Assembly: GCA_964621395.1 (NCBI GenBank) | Contig: CAZULS010000001.1 | Location: forward strand, 64,615 to 128,614 | From: an uncultured Candidatus Saccharibacteria bacterium | GTDB lineage: Bacteria; Patescibacteriota; Minisyncoccia; Phycocordibacterales; JACNGX01 | Direction: 5' to 3' | DNA length: 64,000 nucleotides | In this document: positions 18,682 through 29,106 of the stretch, piece by piece | Layout of the letters: every line of letters starts with the position of its first letter | Position numbering within the stretch: the first letter of the stretch is position 1 | Program-made: the position numbers and the translations under genes | Notes under the pieces: model-generated | The model's database searches: none | Seen by the model: only the letters and a program-made list of their open reading frames with translations | What the model was told of the DNA's origin: nothing

Positions 18682-19482
18682 ATGATTGGTTTTTTCGAGA
18701 CAATTATTTACCAACCTCTGTACAACGGTCTCGTGTTTTTGGCGTATTTTATGCCGTGGGCGGATATTGGCTTGGCGGTGATTGCGCTCACGCTCATTGT
18801 GAAGTTTGCACTCTTCCCGCTCATGCATACCACCACAAAAAGTCAGGTGAAGATGCGTGAAATTGAGCCGGAGCTTAATAAGCTCAAAGAAGATCTCAAA
18901 GACGACAAAGAAAAGCAGGCACGCGAACTCATTGCGCTGTATAACAAGCACGGCATTAATCCGGCAACAGGGTGTGTGGCGCTTATTATTCAGCTACCGA
19001 TTATTCTCGGGCTCTATTGGGTCTTTAAGGATATTCAATTTGATCCGGCAACAACCGGTGCGATGATTGAAAACGGTGTACGAGCTGCCGGCGCTTTTCT
19101 CAATGAAGCGATTCTCTATCCCTTCACTCCCCGACCGGAGTATCTTCACACGGAATTTCTCGGATTTATTGATATGACCGGCCGAAGTATTCTTCTGGCA
19201 GTATTTGCGGGTATGACGCAATATTACCAAATGAAACTCTCTATGCCCGGAGAGAGGCCAACGTTGCAGAACACAGGATCGTTCAAAGATGACCTTATGC
19301 AGAACATGAAATTCCAAATGCGCTACGTCTTTCCTTTCTTTGTGGTTATCTTTGCCTACACTATTTCATCGGCTATTGCATTGTATTGGGTTATCAGTAA
19401 TATGTTTGCTATCGGGCATGAATGGCATGTGCGGAGAGAATATGAACGCTCGAAGGAAAGTGCCCAGGAGGGTGCCGCATAA
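18682..19482 (+). CDS. yidC: Membrane protein insertase YidC (short form)
   Basis: YidC/Oxa1 core helices, and yidD...yidC-jag synteny. Start at MIGFFETI. Confidence 0.8.
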   Translation: MIGFFETIIYQPLYNGLVFLAYFMPWADIGLAVIALTLIVKFALFPLMHTTTKSQVKMREIEPELNKLKEDLKDDKEKQARELIALYNKHGINPATGCVALIIQLPIILGLYWVFKDIQFDPATTGAMIENGVRAAGAFLNEAILYPFTPRPEYLHTEFLGFIDMTGRSILLAVFAGMTQYYQMKLSMPGERPTLQNTGSFKDDLMQNMKFQMRYVFPFFVVIFAYTISSAIALYWVISNMFAIGHEWHVRREYERSKESAQEGAA

Positions 19483-19498
19483 ATTATCCCCTTATCTT

Positions 19499-19954
19499 AT
19501 GGAATACGCTGAAATCAAAACAATTATCACGGGAATCTTGGATGCCATGGAGGCGCCGTATTCGGAGGTGGATATTGTGGAGGATGGTGTGGGTACGGTC
19601 TTTATGATTCGCACAGACGATGCCAAGCACTTAATCGGCTATCGAGGGGCAACGCTTTCGGCGCTGAATCATATTGTGAAGCGTATTATAGAGAAGGACG
19701 GATATGAAAGGGACGGAGTGCGTTTCTCTATCGATGTGAATGACTATCAAAAAGAGGCTAATGATCAGTTGCGTGTACGAGCAAACATGCTTGCCGAGCG
19801 TGTGCGGGCACTCTCCTCACGTACCGAGCTTGAGCCCATGTCTTCATATGAGCGTATGATTATTCACACAACGCTTGAGCCACTTTCTGATATTCATACT
19901 GAATCAATTGGAAAAGGAAAAGAGCGCCGCGTGGTGATTTCGCATAAGGGATAG
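19499..19954 (+). CDS. jag: RNA-binding protein Jag/KhpB (KH + R3H domains)
   Basis: LIGYRGATLSALNHIV (KH) and ERMIIHTTLE (R3H). Start moved to MEYAEIK. Confidence 0.75.
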   Translation: MEYAEIKTIITGILDAMEAPYSEVDIVEDGVGTVFMIRTDDAKHLIGYRGATLSALNHIVKRIIEKDGYERDGVRFSIDVNDYQKEANDQLRVRANMLAERVRALSSRTELEPMSSYERMIIHTTLEPLSDIHTESIGKGKERRVVISHKG

Positions 19955-20099
19955 AAGTTAGGAATTAGGAATTAGATTGCGCTTCGTGCAAAGGAAAAGA
20001 CAAAGAAAAAAATAAAAAAGCCAAAATACAAAACACACGGCGGCACCGAAGGTGCCGCCGTGTGTTGTATACATATTTCGTATTTCATTTTTCTTATTT

Positions 20100-20298
20100 C
20101 TAGAACCCATCTCATATTAAATGACTTATTCTCGTGCCACATATTCGCAGCGTAGATGTCTCGGAGACCGTGCCGCACTTTTGTGCGGTGCAGTTGAGAG
20201 ACAAGGTGCAGCCGAATATGTGGTGCGAGAATTGCCAAGCTCTTACACGAAGTGTAAAAAGTATTATCTTAGCGGTTTAATATGAGATGGGTTCTAGT
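20100..20298. mobile_element. MITE-like element, M family variant (TIR CTAGAACCCATCTCATATTAAA / TTTAATATGAGATGGGTTCTAG), 199 bp
   Basis: Perfect 22-bp TIRs, and an internal core homologous to the other M copies (gagaccgtgccgcacttttgtgcggtgcagttgagagacaaggtgcagcc). Confidence 0.7.
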
Positions 20299-20299
20299 T

Positions 20300-21595
20300 T
20301 CAGTAATTCACATTCTCCATTGCCTCATCGATGCGGAGAATCCATGGCGTCATGTCGCGCTTATTGGTAAAGAGAAGGAGTGAGCCGTCGTCGCTCAGAA
20401 TTGGGTTGATCAAGTCGATGGTGGCATCATACATATTTGGATCAACAAGAAAGAAGCCGGTAGACTCTTCGACATCGTAGTACCATATATCATCTTCAAA
20501 GAACATTTCCCCTTTGTACCACGTGTCGGGATATTGGATAAAAGGAAGGGAAAATGGCACTCCGCAATAGACACCCTCCCCCGCCGTGTCCCAGACACAT
20601 TTTTCAGGAAGTGTATCAAAAAGGAGCGCTGTTTCTTCCCCATCTGAGAAGACTTTTAGTATGAGCGTGTTCCCCAAGCTTTCAGAGAAAAGCACTTTCG
20701 TGCCGTCGGGGTTGACGAGTGTGGTGAGACCATTTATGCCGCTCAATAGAGGATTAAGTGTGCTTGAGGAGAGCGATGTGTAGTAGCTGTACCCGGGAAC
20801 AGATGCCGAGGGCTTTGTGGTGAGGTAGATATAGTCGTCTTCCGCCCAGTCGATAAGCCATTCGGAGAGCGGCGAAGAGAATGTCTCTTTCGGGCCTTCT
20901 CCGGAGAATGGCACAATAATGCCGCGAGAGCCACTTTGCGTTCGCTCAAGGAGAAAGAGTGAGTCTTGCGAGGGGTTGGTATCGAATGTAAGAGTACCGG
21001 TGCGGAGGAATTCTGCCTGAGCAACACCAATGACTTCCCCCTCTTCTTCTGCCGTGGAGATTGAAATGCCGGTCCCCTCAACAACATCAGTATCATTCAG
21101 TGAACGAGTAAAAAGCTGTGATCCGTCGGCACTGAAGAGTGCATCGTGAATATGCGGGATGGTTGTGTTGGTAATACGCGTTGCCTCAAGTGTGTCAACG
21201 GGGATATCAAATATATGTCCGGTCGCTTTTGTGATCACGCGAATAGCAAGAACATCCTCAGCCCCTTCTGTTTCTTCCTGTATTTCGGAGAGAGTGACAA
21301 ATGTCGCTCCTGACACGGGCTCGGGGAATACTTGGGAGATAAGGTCGATAGCGGGTTGAGTGCCGTCACTTGGCGTTGTGCCTCCCTGGGTACCATTCTC
21401 CTCTCCCCCACCGAAGAGAGAACCGAGAACACCCCCTCCTTCACCGCCAAAGAGAAAGCTAAAAAAACCACCACTTTGTATTTCCTCGGAAGTGTTATTG
21501 CGGTTGAGAAACATCATTCCCGCACCAGCAAGGATGGCGACGATAATGAGGATGAATCCCCAGAGAATAATTTGTTTTTGTCGTGCGCTGTTCAT
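20300..21595 (-). CDS. N-terminally membrane-anchored extracytoplasmic protein with a Gly-rich linker; last gene of the T4SS-like operon
   Basis: TM helix at residues 12-30, GGEGGG linker, and beta-rich C-terminal region. Confidence 0.5.
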   Translation of the reverse strand: MNSARQKQIILWGFILIIVAILAGAGMMFLNRNNTSEEIQSGGFFSFLFGGEGGGVLGSLFGGGEENGTQGGTTPSDGTQPAIDLISQVFPEPVSGATFVTLSEIQEETEGAEDVLAIRVITKATGHIFDIPVDTLEATRITNTTIPHIHDALFSADGSQLFTRSLNDTDVVEGTGISISTAEEEGEVIGVAQAEFLRTGTLTFDTNPSQDSLFLLERTQSGSRGIIVPFSGEGPKETFSSPLSEWLIDWAEDDYIYLTTKPSASVPGYSYYTSLSSSTLNPLLSGINGLTTLVNPDGTKVLFSESLGNTLILKVFSDGEETALLFDTLPEKCVWDTAGEGVYCGVPFSLPFIQYPDTWYKGEMFFEDDIWYYDVEESTGFFLVDPNMYDATIDLINPILSDDGSLLLFTNKRDMTPWILRIDEAMENVNY

Positions 21596-21600
21596 AGATG

Positions 21601-22623
21601 TTATTGAAAGAATGTCTTTTGAGTCTCTCCGAAGATGATGGATAGTGTCTCCGAAAAAGCTTGAAGTATGTATTCGGGGGAGGTAATGGAGAGGGAGACA
21701 GCCGTGTTCCCCGTTGTACCTTCCGGAACATCAATAGCCAAATCCCCCGGATTACTCCAATGCGACGGAACGGACACGCCTCCCACAGACCAGTCGTAAG
21801 AAAGCGACGAACGATTCAAATCATACGTGGAAAAGAAATACGGTTCGGCACGAAGGACGGTTTCTCTGTCTTCAAATACAGCACCGTCTGCAAGGGCTTC
21901 ATGGAAACGCACGCCGAGCGCTGGATGCTCTTCATAGAGTATGATTTCCGGATCGACTTCGGGAATGGAAATTGCCGCGCTTGCGCCAAGCGTGCCGCTC
22001 TGGGAGAGTGCTTCAACGGCAATTGTCTCAGCGGGGAGAAGTATATTTTTTTTCATTGTGAGGGTTGATTTCCCATATCCCGATTGGCTTTGTACATCGC
22101 GTTTGAAATTGTTACGGCTCCACGTATAGACAAGATTATTTTCAGAAATGCGCGCGCCACCTTGAGTGGTGATGTGTGGAACGGCAATGACCTTCACAAA
22201 TGCACCGGAAGCCGGAAGCGCCTTTCCTTTATAAAAAGGGGGTGTGTATGTTTGGGAGGCCTCCCAGAGGAGATCAATACTTTGTGGTGTGACAGAAAGA
22301 AACTTTTCATACACCGCATTCCCAATGCTGATTGTGGTGCGTATGGATGTCGTTTCCCCGGCGGAAGAAACAGGAAGAGAGAGGATCGTCATGCCGGGAG
22401 CGCTGTCCGAGAGAACACCGTCGACATACCAGGTAATGGTTGCTCTATCAAGATCGACGGCGTATGACGAGAGGGAGACGGTGACTGTTTCTCCCGGGCG
22501 CGGATACGCCGGCGAGATGCTCACGTCGATGTGCGGTTCGAATGCGTGTACCGCTCTCGTAGAAAGGAGAGTGGCACAGAGTACCAGAGGAAACAGGATT
22601 GTTGTGAGGAGAGTTTTTACCAT
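21601..22623 (-). CDS. Secreted hypothetical protein (signal peptide MVKTLLTTILFPLVLCATLLSTRAVHA)
   Basis: ORF track. Start moved to Met31, 7 nt after the VirB4 stop. Confidence 0.5.
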   Translation of the reverse strand: MVKTLLTTILFPLVLCATLLSTRAVHAFEPHIDVSISPAYPRPGETVTVSLSSYAVDLDRATITWYVDGVLSDSAPGMTILSLPVSSAGETTSIRTTISIGNAVYEKFLSVTPQSIDLLWEASQTYTPPFYKGKALPASGAFVKVIAVPHITTQGGARISENNLVYTWSRNNFKRDVQSQSGYGKSTLTMKKNILLPAETIAVEALSQSGTLGASAAISIPEVDPEIILYEEHPALGVRFHEALADGAVFEDRETVLRAEPYFFSTYDLNRSSLSYDWSVGGVSVPSHWSNPGDLAIDVPEGTTGNTAVSLSITSPEYILQAFSETLSIIFGETQKTFFQ

Positions 22624-22630
22624 AGATGTA

Positions 22631-24496
22631 TTATACCACGCCAGCAATGCTTGAAAGCGGATTGTCCGGAGCCTCATTCCCGCCGCTTTCTTTGAGGGCT
22701 TTCTTTGCTTCACGAATCTGGAGTACCTGTGAAGGATCGGAGGTGATGATTTGCTCCTCGGTGTAGGAAGCGAGGATTTTTATGGCAACGTGCTTGAGCC
22801 CTGCGAAGAATATACCTTCGCCGACATCGGATTCAAGAAGCAAAAATTTCTCTTCGTCGGTGAGATTGAATGTCTTTTGAACGGTGTCGATGGCTGTCGG
22901 TGATTGCTTGAGGAGAAGCTGGATTGAGGAGTTGGTGATAATCGGCAAGCCATACGGTGAACGAAGGAAGTCGGACACATCTTGGGTGATGGTTGCCACG
23001 CCAAGATAGTATTTTCGACCACGTTTCGTCATGCCAAAGAGGAACGATGCCGTGTCTTCGGATTTCATCATCCACCATGCCTCATCGATCACGAGAAGTC
23101 GCTTTTTAAGCTCGCGGCGAACGGCATTCCAGATAAAGTGGGTGATGATGTGCATGGCAACCGTCTTAAGCTCATCTTCCATATCACGCACAGAGAAGAC
23201 CACAAACTTTTTATTGATATTGATATTGGTTGGGCGGTTGATAAATTCAGACCACGTACCTTTTGTGTATTTTGAAAGACGATTGAGAAGTGACTCCCCT
23301 CCTTCCATGCCGGAGAGTACCATTTCAAAATCGGAAAGAAGCGGCGGTACAACATGCGAGAGGTCTGAATCGGGTGTAATGTCTTTGAGTGCGTAGGTTT
23401 CCGTGATGGCACGGTCGATGATGGAATCTTCCTCGGGAGACAGTCCTCCAAGCATGATACGGAAAAGACCGACGAGCGAAATGGTATTGGCACGAAGAAC
23501 ATCAGCCGCCGTCTCATCCTCACTGGGCATGGGAAGGTCGAAAGGATTGATGTGATGAGGAGATGTGAGCGAGATATTAAAATAGCGACCGCCTGCGGCT
23601 TCTGCCATAAATTCATATTCGCGCTCCGGGTCAATCACAATCACCTCCGTATCAAACATGAGGGTGCGAAGAATTTCAAGCTTGGTAGCAAACGATTTTC
23701 CGGCACCTGAGGTGGCGAAGATCACGGAATTGTAATTTTCCATTGAGAAACGGTCGAAAAGAACGAGGCTGTAATTGTGTCGGTTGATACCGTAGAGAAT
23801 ACCGCGATCGGATGTGAGATTAAATGAGATAAACGGAAAGATGCTAGAGAGCGGCGAAGAATTAAGCTTTGAGTGAATACCGAGCGAGTCGGACCCTGAG
23901 GGAATAACGCTCTTAAACGCGTCTTCTTGCTGGAAGAGGCTGGGCTTGAGATAGACGAGCTTTGATTCGAGAATCGACTTGATTTCCGATTCGATACGAT
24001 CGAGCTCTTCTTCTGTTTTTCCATAGACGGTGATGTAGAGGCCGACATCAAAGAGACGCTCTTGGGCCTGTTGGAGCTGGTCGCGAAGGTTTTCAAGATT
24101 GGCATAGGCGGCGGCAAGCTTCGGATCGCGCACCATACCGCGTTCCTCGCGCATCATAATTTGACTTTCCACCTCGGCAACTTTTTTCTGGAATTTGCGC
24201 AAAATAGCGGCGGTGTCCACCGGATGAATATGGATGGACACATCAAAGACAGCATCGAGGTTTACAATCGGGGAGAACCAGCTGTCGGCGAGATAACGCG
24301 GATAGGAGATGACAAAGAACGTGCGGGCAATACGGTCGCCCAAATTGAGCTCGCGAGGGGTGATTTTAAGTGCCGAGGGAGCAATAACGTCCTTCAATTC
24401 CAATACTGCCGATTCATATATTTCATGCGGCAATACAGGCACCACTTCCGGTGTGTCTTTCCCCTTCCCTATTCCCAATGTATCAAGAAGTGACAT
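22631..24496 (-). CDS. VirB4/TrbE/CagE-family type IV secretion ATPase
   Basis: Walker A IFATSGAGKSFATK, Walker B VIDEAW, 621 aa, domain order typical of VirB4. Confidence 0.8.
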   Translation of the reverse strand: MSLLDTLGIGKGKDTPEVVPVLPHEIYESAVLELKDVIAPSALKITPRELNLGDRIARTFFVISYPRYLADSWFSPIVNLDAVFDVSIHIHPVDTAAILRKFQKKVAEVESQIMMREERGMVRDPKLAAAYANLENLRDQLQQAQERLFDVGLYITVYGKTEEELDRIESEIKSILESKLVYLKPSLFQQEDAFKSVIPSGSDSLGIHSKLNSSPLSSIFPFISFNLTSDRGILYGINRHNYSLVLFDRFSMENYNSVIFATSGAGKSFATKLEILRTLMFDTEVIVIDPEREYEFMAEAAGGRYFNISLTSPHHINPFDLPMPSEDETAADVLRANTISLVGLFRIMLGGLSPEEDSIIDRAITETYALKDITPDSDLSHVVPPLLSDFEMVLSGMEGGESLLNRLSKYTKGTWSEFINRPTNININKKFVVFSVRDMEDELKTVAMHIITHFIWNAVRRELKKRLLVIDEAWWMMKSEDTASFLFGMTKRGRKYYLGVATITQDVSDFLRSPYGLPIITNSSIQLLLKQSPTAIDTVQKTFNLTDEEKFLLLESDVGEGIFFAGLKHVAIKILASYTEEQIITSDPSQVLQIREAKKALKESGGNEAPDNPLSSIAGVV

Positions 24497-24686
24497 ATAG
24501 ATTACAACTGTATTGGCTTACCCAGCCCCACTTTCACCGACAGAGTTGTAATTTTTACGTGCGTTAGAGGCTTCATATACCTTCAAATGATTAATGAAAT
24601 GAATGAGTGAAAGTGGGGCTGGATTGCAGAGGAGTTATCTTACCTTGAACGTTGGATACCTTGTTACTCATTGTATCACGCTTTTA

Positions 24687-25337
24687 CTACAACTGAATCG
24701 GTTTATCGAGCTCGCCGGGGTTAAAGATGCGGTAAAAGAGTTCGATCAATTCTTCCGTACCCAGCGGCGATGTGCGGATGCCGGTGCGTACGAGACCTTG
24801 CTGGACGATGTACGCACGTTGTTCGAGCTGAGAGCGATTGACCTCGAATTCGTCTTCCCCTTTCTTTCCCTCGGGGAACTGTTTTTTCTTCGTTCCCAAA
24901 ACGTCACCGAGGACGCCCGTGTTTGTCGCGATAATTGATGGCGTATACGGGACGACAATGAAGAAATTCTTCGACATGATATTGGTTTGTTCGGTGAATG
25001 TTTTGATGAAGCGAATGTATTCGCGGATCTGCACTTTCGAAAGATCATTCACCTGCTCTTTTTCGCGTCGTTCAAGGAGGGCAACATATGGACGGACATC
25101 ATAGCGGCGGGATTGAATGTAGATTTGCACCGAAAAATCAAGTGAATTGAGGAAATTTTGAAATTGGATGAGGATAGACTGCTGCTCATCCGGAGACTTC
25201 AGCGACATATTTACCGAGGATGTCATCAGTACCATTTTCAGTGACCCATCTTCCATCACAGCCACACCATCCCGCACTTCTTTGATAGGGACGAATTTCT
25301 GAGACGCTTCTGATTTTTTTGCTGTTGATGTTGGCAT
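24687..25337 (-). CDS. T4SS-operon hypothetical protein (216 aa)
   Basis: Operon context only. FVPIKEVRDGVAVMEDGSLKMVL... has no confident family. Confidence 0.45.
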   Translation of the reverse strand: MPTSTAKKSEASQKFVPIKEVRDGVAVMEDGSLKMVLMTSSVNMSLKSPDEQQSILIQFQNFLNSLDFSVQIYIQSRRYDVRPYVALLERREKEQVNDLSKVQIREYIRFIKTFTEQTNIMSKNFFIVVPYTPSIIATNTGVLGDVLGTKKKQFPEGKKGEDEFEVNRSQLEQRAYIVQQGLVRTGIRTSPLGTEELIELFYRIFNPGELDKPIQL

Positions 25338-25352
25338 GGTGATAATAATAGC

Positions 25353-25772
25353 TTACTGTATATTTTTTTGCACATCCAAACTCCAGGCAATATCTTTGAG
25401 CTTGCTTTGCGAGAGTGACGGCACGTGCATCGTCTCTTGAGATGGCATACTCTCTTGGTTAGCCGCTTTTTTCTGTGCCTCTTTCTTTTTCCAATCTTGG
25501 CTCCAGAGGTAAAGCTTGGCTCGCGTTGCATACATGAAGGCAGCTTCCAAGACATCAATGAAAGGGCGGTTGTGTATTTTGAGGAATGCAAGTGCAATGC
25601 CCAAACTCGCAATCGGGAGGATGAGAAGTGCGGCGAAGAAGAGAGGCAACGATACGTAGAGGACATAGGAAATACCTGCTGCTCCCACCAAGTAGAGAAA
25701 CTGGCGAAACGAAAGTGTTCCGGCAAAGATTTTGTCCTCTACCTCGATGAATTGTGGTGTTTGGAATTGCAT
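25353..25772 (-). CDS. PrgI/VirB3-like small 2-TM T4SS protein
   Basis: EDKIFAGTLSFRQFLYLVGAAG followed by two TM helices, a pattern typical of PrgI-family proteins. Immediately upstream of the VirB4-like gene. Confidence 0.55.
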   Translation of the reverse strand: MQFQTPQFIEVEDKIFAGTLSFRQFLYLVGAAGISYVLYVSLPLFFAALLILPIASLGIALAFLKIHNRPFIDVLEAAFMYATRAKLYLWSQDWKKKEAQKKAANQESMPSQETMHVPSLSQSKLKDIAWSLDVQKNIQ

Positions 25773-25855
25773 AAGTGAGTTGCGAGTATCGAGTATCGAG
25801 TTTCAAGCATGGGCACCTACGGTGCCCATAGGCATACTAATCGCGTGTCTTTTTC

Positions 25856-26539
25856 CTACTCCACCGGCTCACGATACGGATCAAGAGGTGTCTTAGGAGA
25901 TGGAGAAGGAGCGGTATCGGACGGTGTTTCTTCACTTCGTGCTTCCTTGAGGACGGTTGTGTCAATCATTTTCTTCTCAACGATATTTTCATGGCGTGGC
26001 TCTCTCTCTTGCGCCGGTAATGCTCCCCCCTCTTGTTCTTTCATGAAGGTGTCCCCCGGCGCTTTTTGTGTCATGCGAGGCTCCTTTCGCTCGGCTGCCG
26101 GAGCAGGATTCTCAATTTCTTTGAGAAGTTCAGCGCGGGTTGGTAAGTGCATTGCCATTTCTTCGTCCTCTTCCTCGGCCGATTCCGCTTTAGCGGGGTT
26201 TAGGCTTTCCTCCACAGCACTCTCTTTCGGACCGCCGAGAGACGCACGCATCGGCTCAAGAATTTCGGTGTTCACATCGATGAGAATTGCTTCAGCAACC
26301 TCCGTAGGTATACCAAGTTCTTCGGTAAGTGTTGGAAGATAGTCCGAGCGCTCTACAAAGCCGAGAATGACCAATCCGGTAACATCATTGAGTATGCCGA
26401 GCTGATCGATATGCAGGTTGTGACGCGTACCAATACGGCGAAGCTGCTCGCCCGTTTCTGCCGAAGCGAGTGCTTCTTGCACCGGTGCGGGCATAGAGGC
26501 AAACCGCTCATCCAATTGTTCTTGTGTGAAGTCAATCAT
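25856..26539 (-). CDS. Acidic hypothetical protein of the T4SS-like operon
   Basis: ORF track; no motif recognised. Confidence 0.4.
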   Translation of the reverse strand: MIDFTQEQLDERFASMPAPVQEALASAETGEQLRRIGTRHNLHIDQLGILNDVTGLVILGFVERSDYLPTLTEELGIPTEVAEAILIDVNTEILEPMRASLGGPKESAVEESLNPAKAESAEEEDEEMAMHLPTRAELLKEIENPAPAAERKEPRMTQKAPGDTFMKEQEGGALPAQEREPRHENIVEKKMIDTTVLKEARSEETPSDTAPSPSPKTPLDPYREPVE

Positions 26540-26555
26540 ATGTGTCTATATGTGA

Positions 26556-29066
26556 TTATTTCTTCTCCGCATCTTTTTTATCTCCACTGCCCTCGCTTGA
26601 TTTATTCAGAGCATCGCGGAGATTGCGACCTGTTTTTTCAGCCAGCTTTGATAGTTGCTCAAGGTCCTTCTTTTTACCCTCGAGATCTATCTTATTTTTT
26701 TCATGTCTGTATTTCGCATCACGAGCAGTTTCCAGTTCACGGGTCTTTGCTTTTCCTTCCGGTCCGGTGCGCTCTGATTGAGTCATACTGTTTAATGTTG
26801 CCAAGAGAGATTCTTCACGTTTTGCTTCTTTCTTCAGACTGAGGTTAATGTTGCGAAGGTTTACGTTGAGTACTCCAAGTGTATTTTCAGAGGCCGTTTT
26901 CCATTCACCAGGGGAGGCATCAGCTGCCGCAAGACTACTGAAACGATCGTCTTTCTTCAGGGCTTCAAATTTCGCTTCATCCCGTTCTTTCTCAAGACGT
27001 TTATCTTTACCCGCATCTACTTTCTTAAGAATCTTTCCACTCGCTTCCATCTTTCCTCCCTTCGGTGCGCTTTGGTAGAGGCCCTTCATATCTTCCGCCT
27101 GCTGAGCTCTTCGTGCTTTGATTTCTTCTTTCTGCTGTGTCAGCTTAGCGTCAATTGCCCCACGCTCTTCCTCCGACTTGCCTATCTTCTTAAGTTTGCC
27201 GAAAATAGAGTTTACGGCAAGTCCTGCGGACTCCGGAATATTACCAATCTTCATGAATGTTGGCAGAGATTCCTTCTGAAGGTTCTCAGCGAATTCTTTT
27301 CGTGCAGCATCAGCGTACTTGTCGCCCACTTTGCCAAATGAATCAGCAAGTTTGATATTTTCTTTCTCTCGTTGTTCCATCTTTCCTTTGAACCCTCCCT
27401 TGCCGCGATCTTTGCCCCATGCTCCAATATTTTTGTCAGCTCCCACTTGACCGCCAATTTTCGTTCTCCTGATATCAAAGCTGCTCGTTGCTGCTGTATC
27501 CAAGCCGCGAAGCGCCAATCGCCCTGCCCAGTTTTGTCCCCATGATTGTCGTCTTGCTTCATCTTTACCAAGACTGGTTGCAAGACCGCCAAGTCTCTTT
27601 CGAAGCACTGCTCCGCCAACGCCGCCTGCCGCAAGACCAAGCGCTCCGCCGGCGAGTCCGGCGACTCTTTTACTGATGTCGAGAGAGACTCCGGCAAACG
27701 AGCCACATCTTTTGTCCGTCTGATCTTTGCCATATTTCAGAAGGAGAATGATGACACCAAACTTAAGCGCAAGCACAATGATGAATTCAAGGAAGTTGAG
27801 ACCCGATGTATTGTCGCTTGCCAGGAAGAGATTTGTTGCGTTAGAGGGGTCAGCAAAAATGACAGCAAGCCACACGAAGAAGAGAAAGATGACAATACAA
27901 AACGATTTACCTACAAGCTCTTTCCAGAAATATTTTTGTGTGGGGCTACTCGACTGTGGCAGTATCATGCTCACAAACGCCAAAGGCGAAGCGGCCATGA
28001 GTATCCACAAAACGACAATACGGGAAAGGAACAGAAATCCCGTGATAAAAAATATCCATGCCATGTAAAACATCATGGTAAAGGAGGCGACATAGAGAAA
28101 TACGAGTTTCCATACATCCCCTGTTTGTGCCATGTCTTCTCGTTCCTGGAGCATTTGCTGCGGGTCAATTTTTGTCATGAGCGTTGTGGAAACACCTTTT
28201 ACTTCTCTTCCGTCTCTATTTATAGCATCGGATTTGAGAGCAGCACCTTGCTCAGCCCTTCCATTGAGATTGCCGATTTCTGTTGTTTTAAAGCTATCGT
28301 AGAAAAACAGCGCAGCCATATTGCCAGCATCAATAATGACGCGGGTTACAAAGAGGCTGAAATTAATGAGAAGGGCAACGATGATGACCTTATGCAGAAG
28401 GTCTTTCGCCGTATTTTTGGGGATTCGAAGGATGGTGGCAATGGAAATCCACAGGAGGATGAAAATAAATGCAGCATTTGCCAAATCGCGGATATTTTCC
28501 CATGCACCTTCTACGAAGGTCTGGTTAATAATGTTGGGACTGATACCAAAATGGAGGAGGTAGTCGAAAAGAATGCCGGCACCCGCCATGGTGTGTCCGG
28601 AGACGATGAAGATGCCGTACATGACATGTCCGATACAGTTTCCTATCCCCACATTGTCAAGCCCACAACTGCCGAAAGGGCTGCTCCCCGTTGCTCCACT
28701 AAGAGGATTTGCCTCGTTTTGCATGTCCTCCAATGCTTGCTGACCCTCCTCTTCGCTTTGGCAGGTTGCCGGGAGACATGTGATATTATAGCCTCCTTGG
28801 TTTGCAAGGCTTACCTCCATGTTTTTTACGGACTGATCATTACAGCTTGTTGACCCATGTACTGTCTGGTGTGCACTGTACGAGGTTCCATACATGTCCC
28901 TAACGTATTGTATTCGACAATCAGCAGAAGCAATTGAGGGAATACAGACGAATAAAAAAAGCACAGGAAAAAACCATATGTTTTTGGGGAAGCTGTTGCC
29001 TTGTGTTTTGAAAAAAGACGTGAAGAAAGAAAACATACTACACATATATTGTACCAAAACATACAC
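26556..29066 (-). CDS. VirB6/TrbL-like polytopic membrane protein with an N-terminal Cys-rich extracellular domain and a long charged coiled-coil C-terminal tail (836 aa)
   Basis: Signal/TM, at least 6 TM helices mid-protein, K/E-rich repetitive tail, operon context. Exact start uncertain (Met1/8/11). Confidence 0.5.
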   Translation of the reverse strand: MYVLVQYMCSMFSFFTSFFKTQGNSFPKNIWFFPVLFLFVCIPSIASADCRIQYVRDMYGTSYSAHQTVHGSTSCNDQSVKNMEVSLANQGGYNITCLPATCQSEEEGQQALEDMQNEANPLSGATGSSPFGSCGLDNVGIGNCIGHVMYGIFIVSGHTMAGAGILFDYLLHFGISPNIINQTFVEGAWENIRDLANAAFIFILLWISIATILRIPKNTAKDLLHKVIIVALLINFSLFVTRVIIDAGNMAALFFYDSFKTTEIGNLNGRAEQGAALKSDAINRDGREVKGVSTTLMTKIDPQQMLQEREDMAQTGDVWKLVFLYVASFTMMFYMAWIFFITGFLFLSRIVVLWILMAASPLAFVSMILPQSSSPTQKYFWKELVGKSFCIVIFLFFVWLAVIFADPSNATNLFLASDNTSGLNFLEFIIVLALKFGVIILLLKYGKDQTDKRCGSFAGVSLDISKRVAGLAGGALGLAAGGVGGAVLRKRLGGLATSLGKDEARRQSWGQNWAGRLALRGLDTAATSSFDIRRTKIGGQVGADKNIGAWGKDRGKGGFKGKMEQREKENIKLADSFGKVGDKYADAARKEFAENLQKESLPTFMKIGNIPESAGLAVNSIFGKLKKIGKSEEERGAIDAKLTQQKEEIKARRAQQAEDMKGLYQSAPKGGKMEASGKILKKVDAGKDKRLEKERDEAKFEALKKDDRFSSLAAADASPGEWKTASENTLGVLNVNLRNINLSLKKEAKREESLLATLNSMTQSERTGPEGKAKTRELETARDAKYRHEKNKIDLEGKKKDLEQLSKLAEKTGRNLRDALNKSSEGSGDKKDAEKK

Positions 29067-29106
29067 AGAAGAACACTATTGATTTGTGTATATAAAAACT
29101 CCCGCA

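Noticed and set aside
27546-28853. 435-aa plus-strand ORF
   Set aside because: It lies antisense to the VirB6-like gene and shows no motifs, so it is a shadow ORF of a long minus-strand gene.
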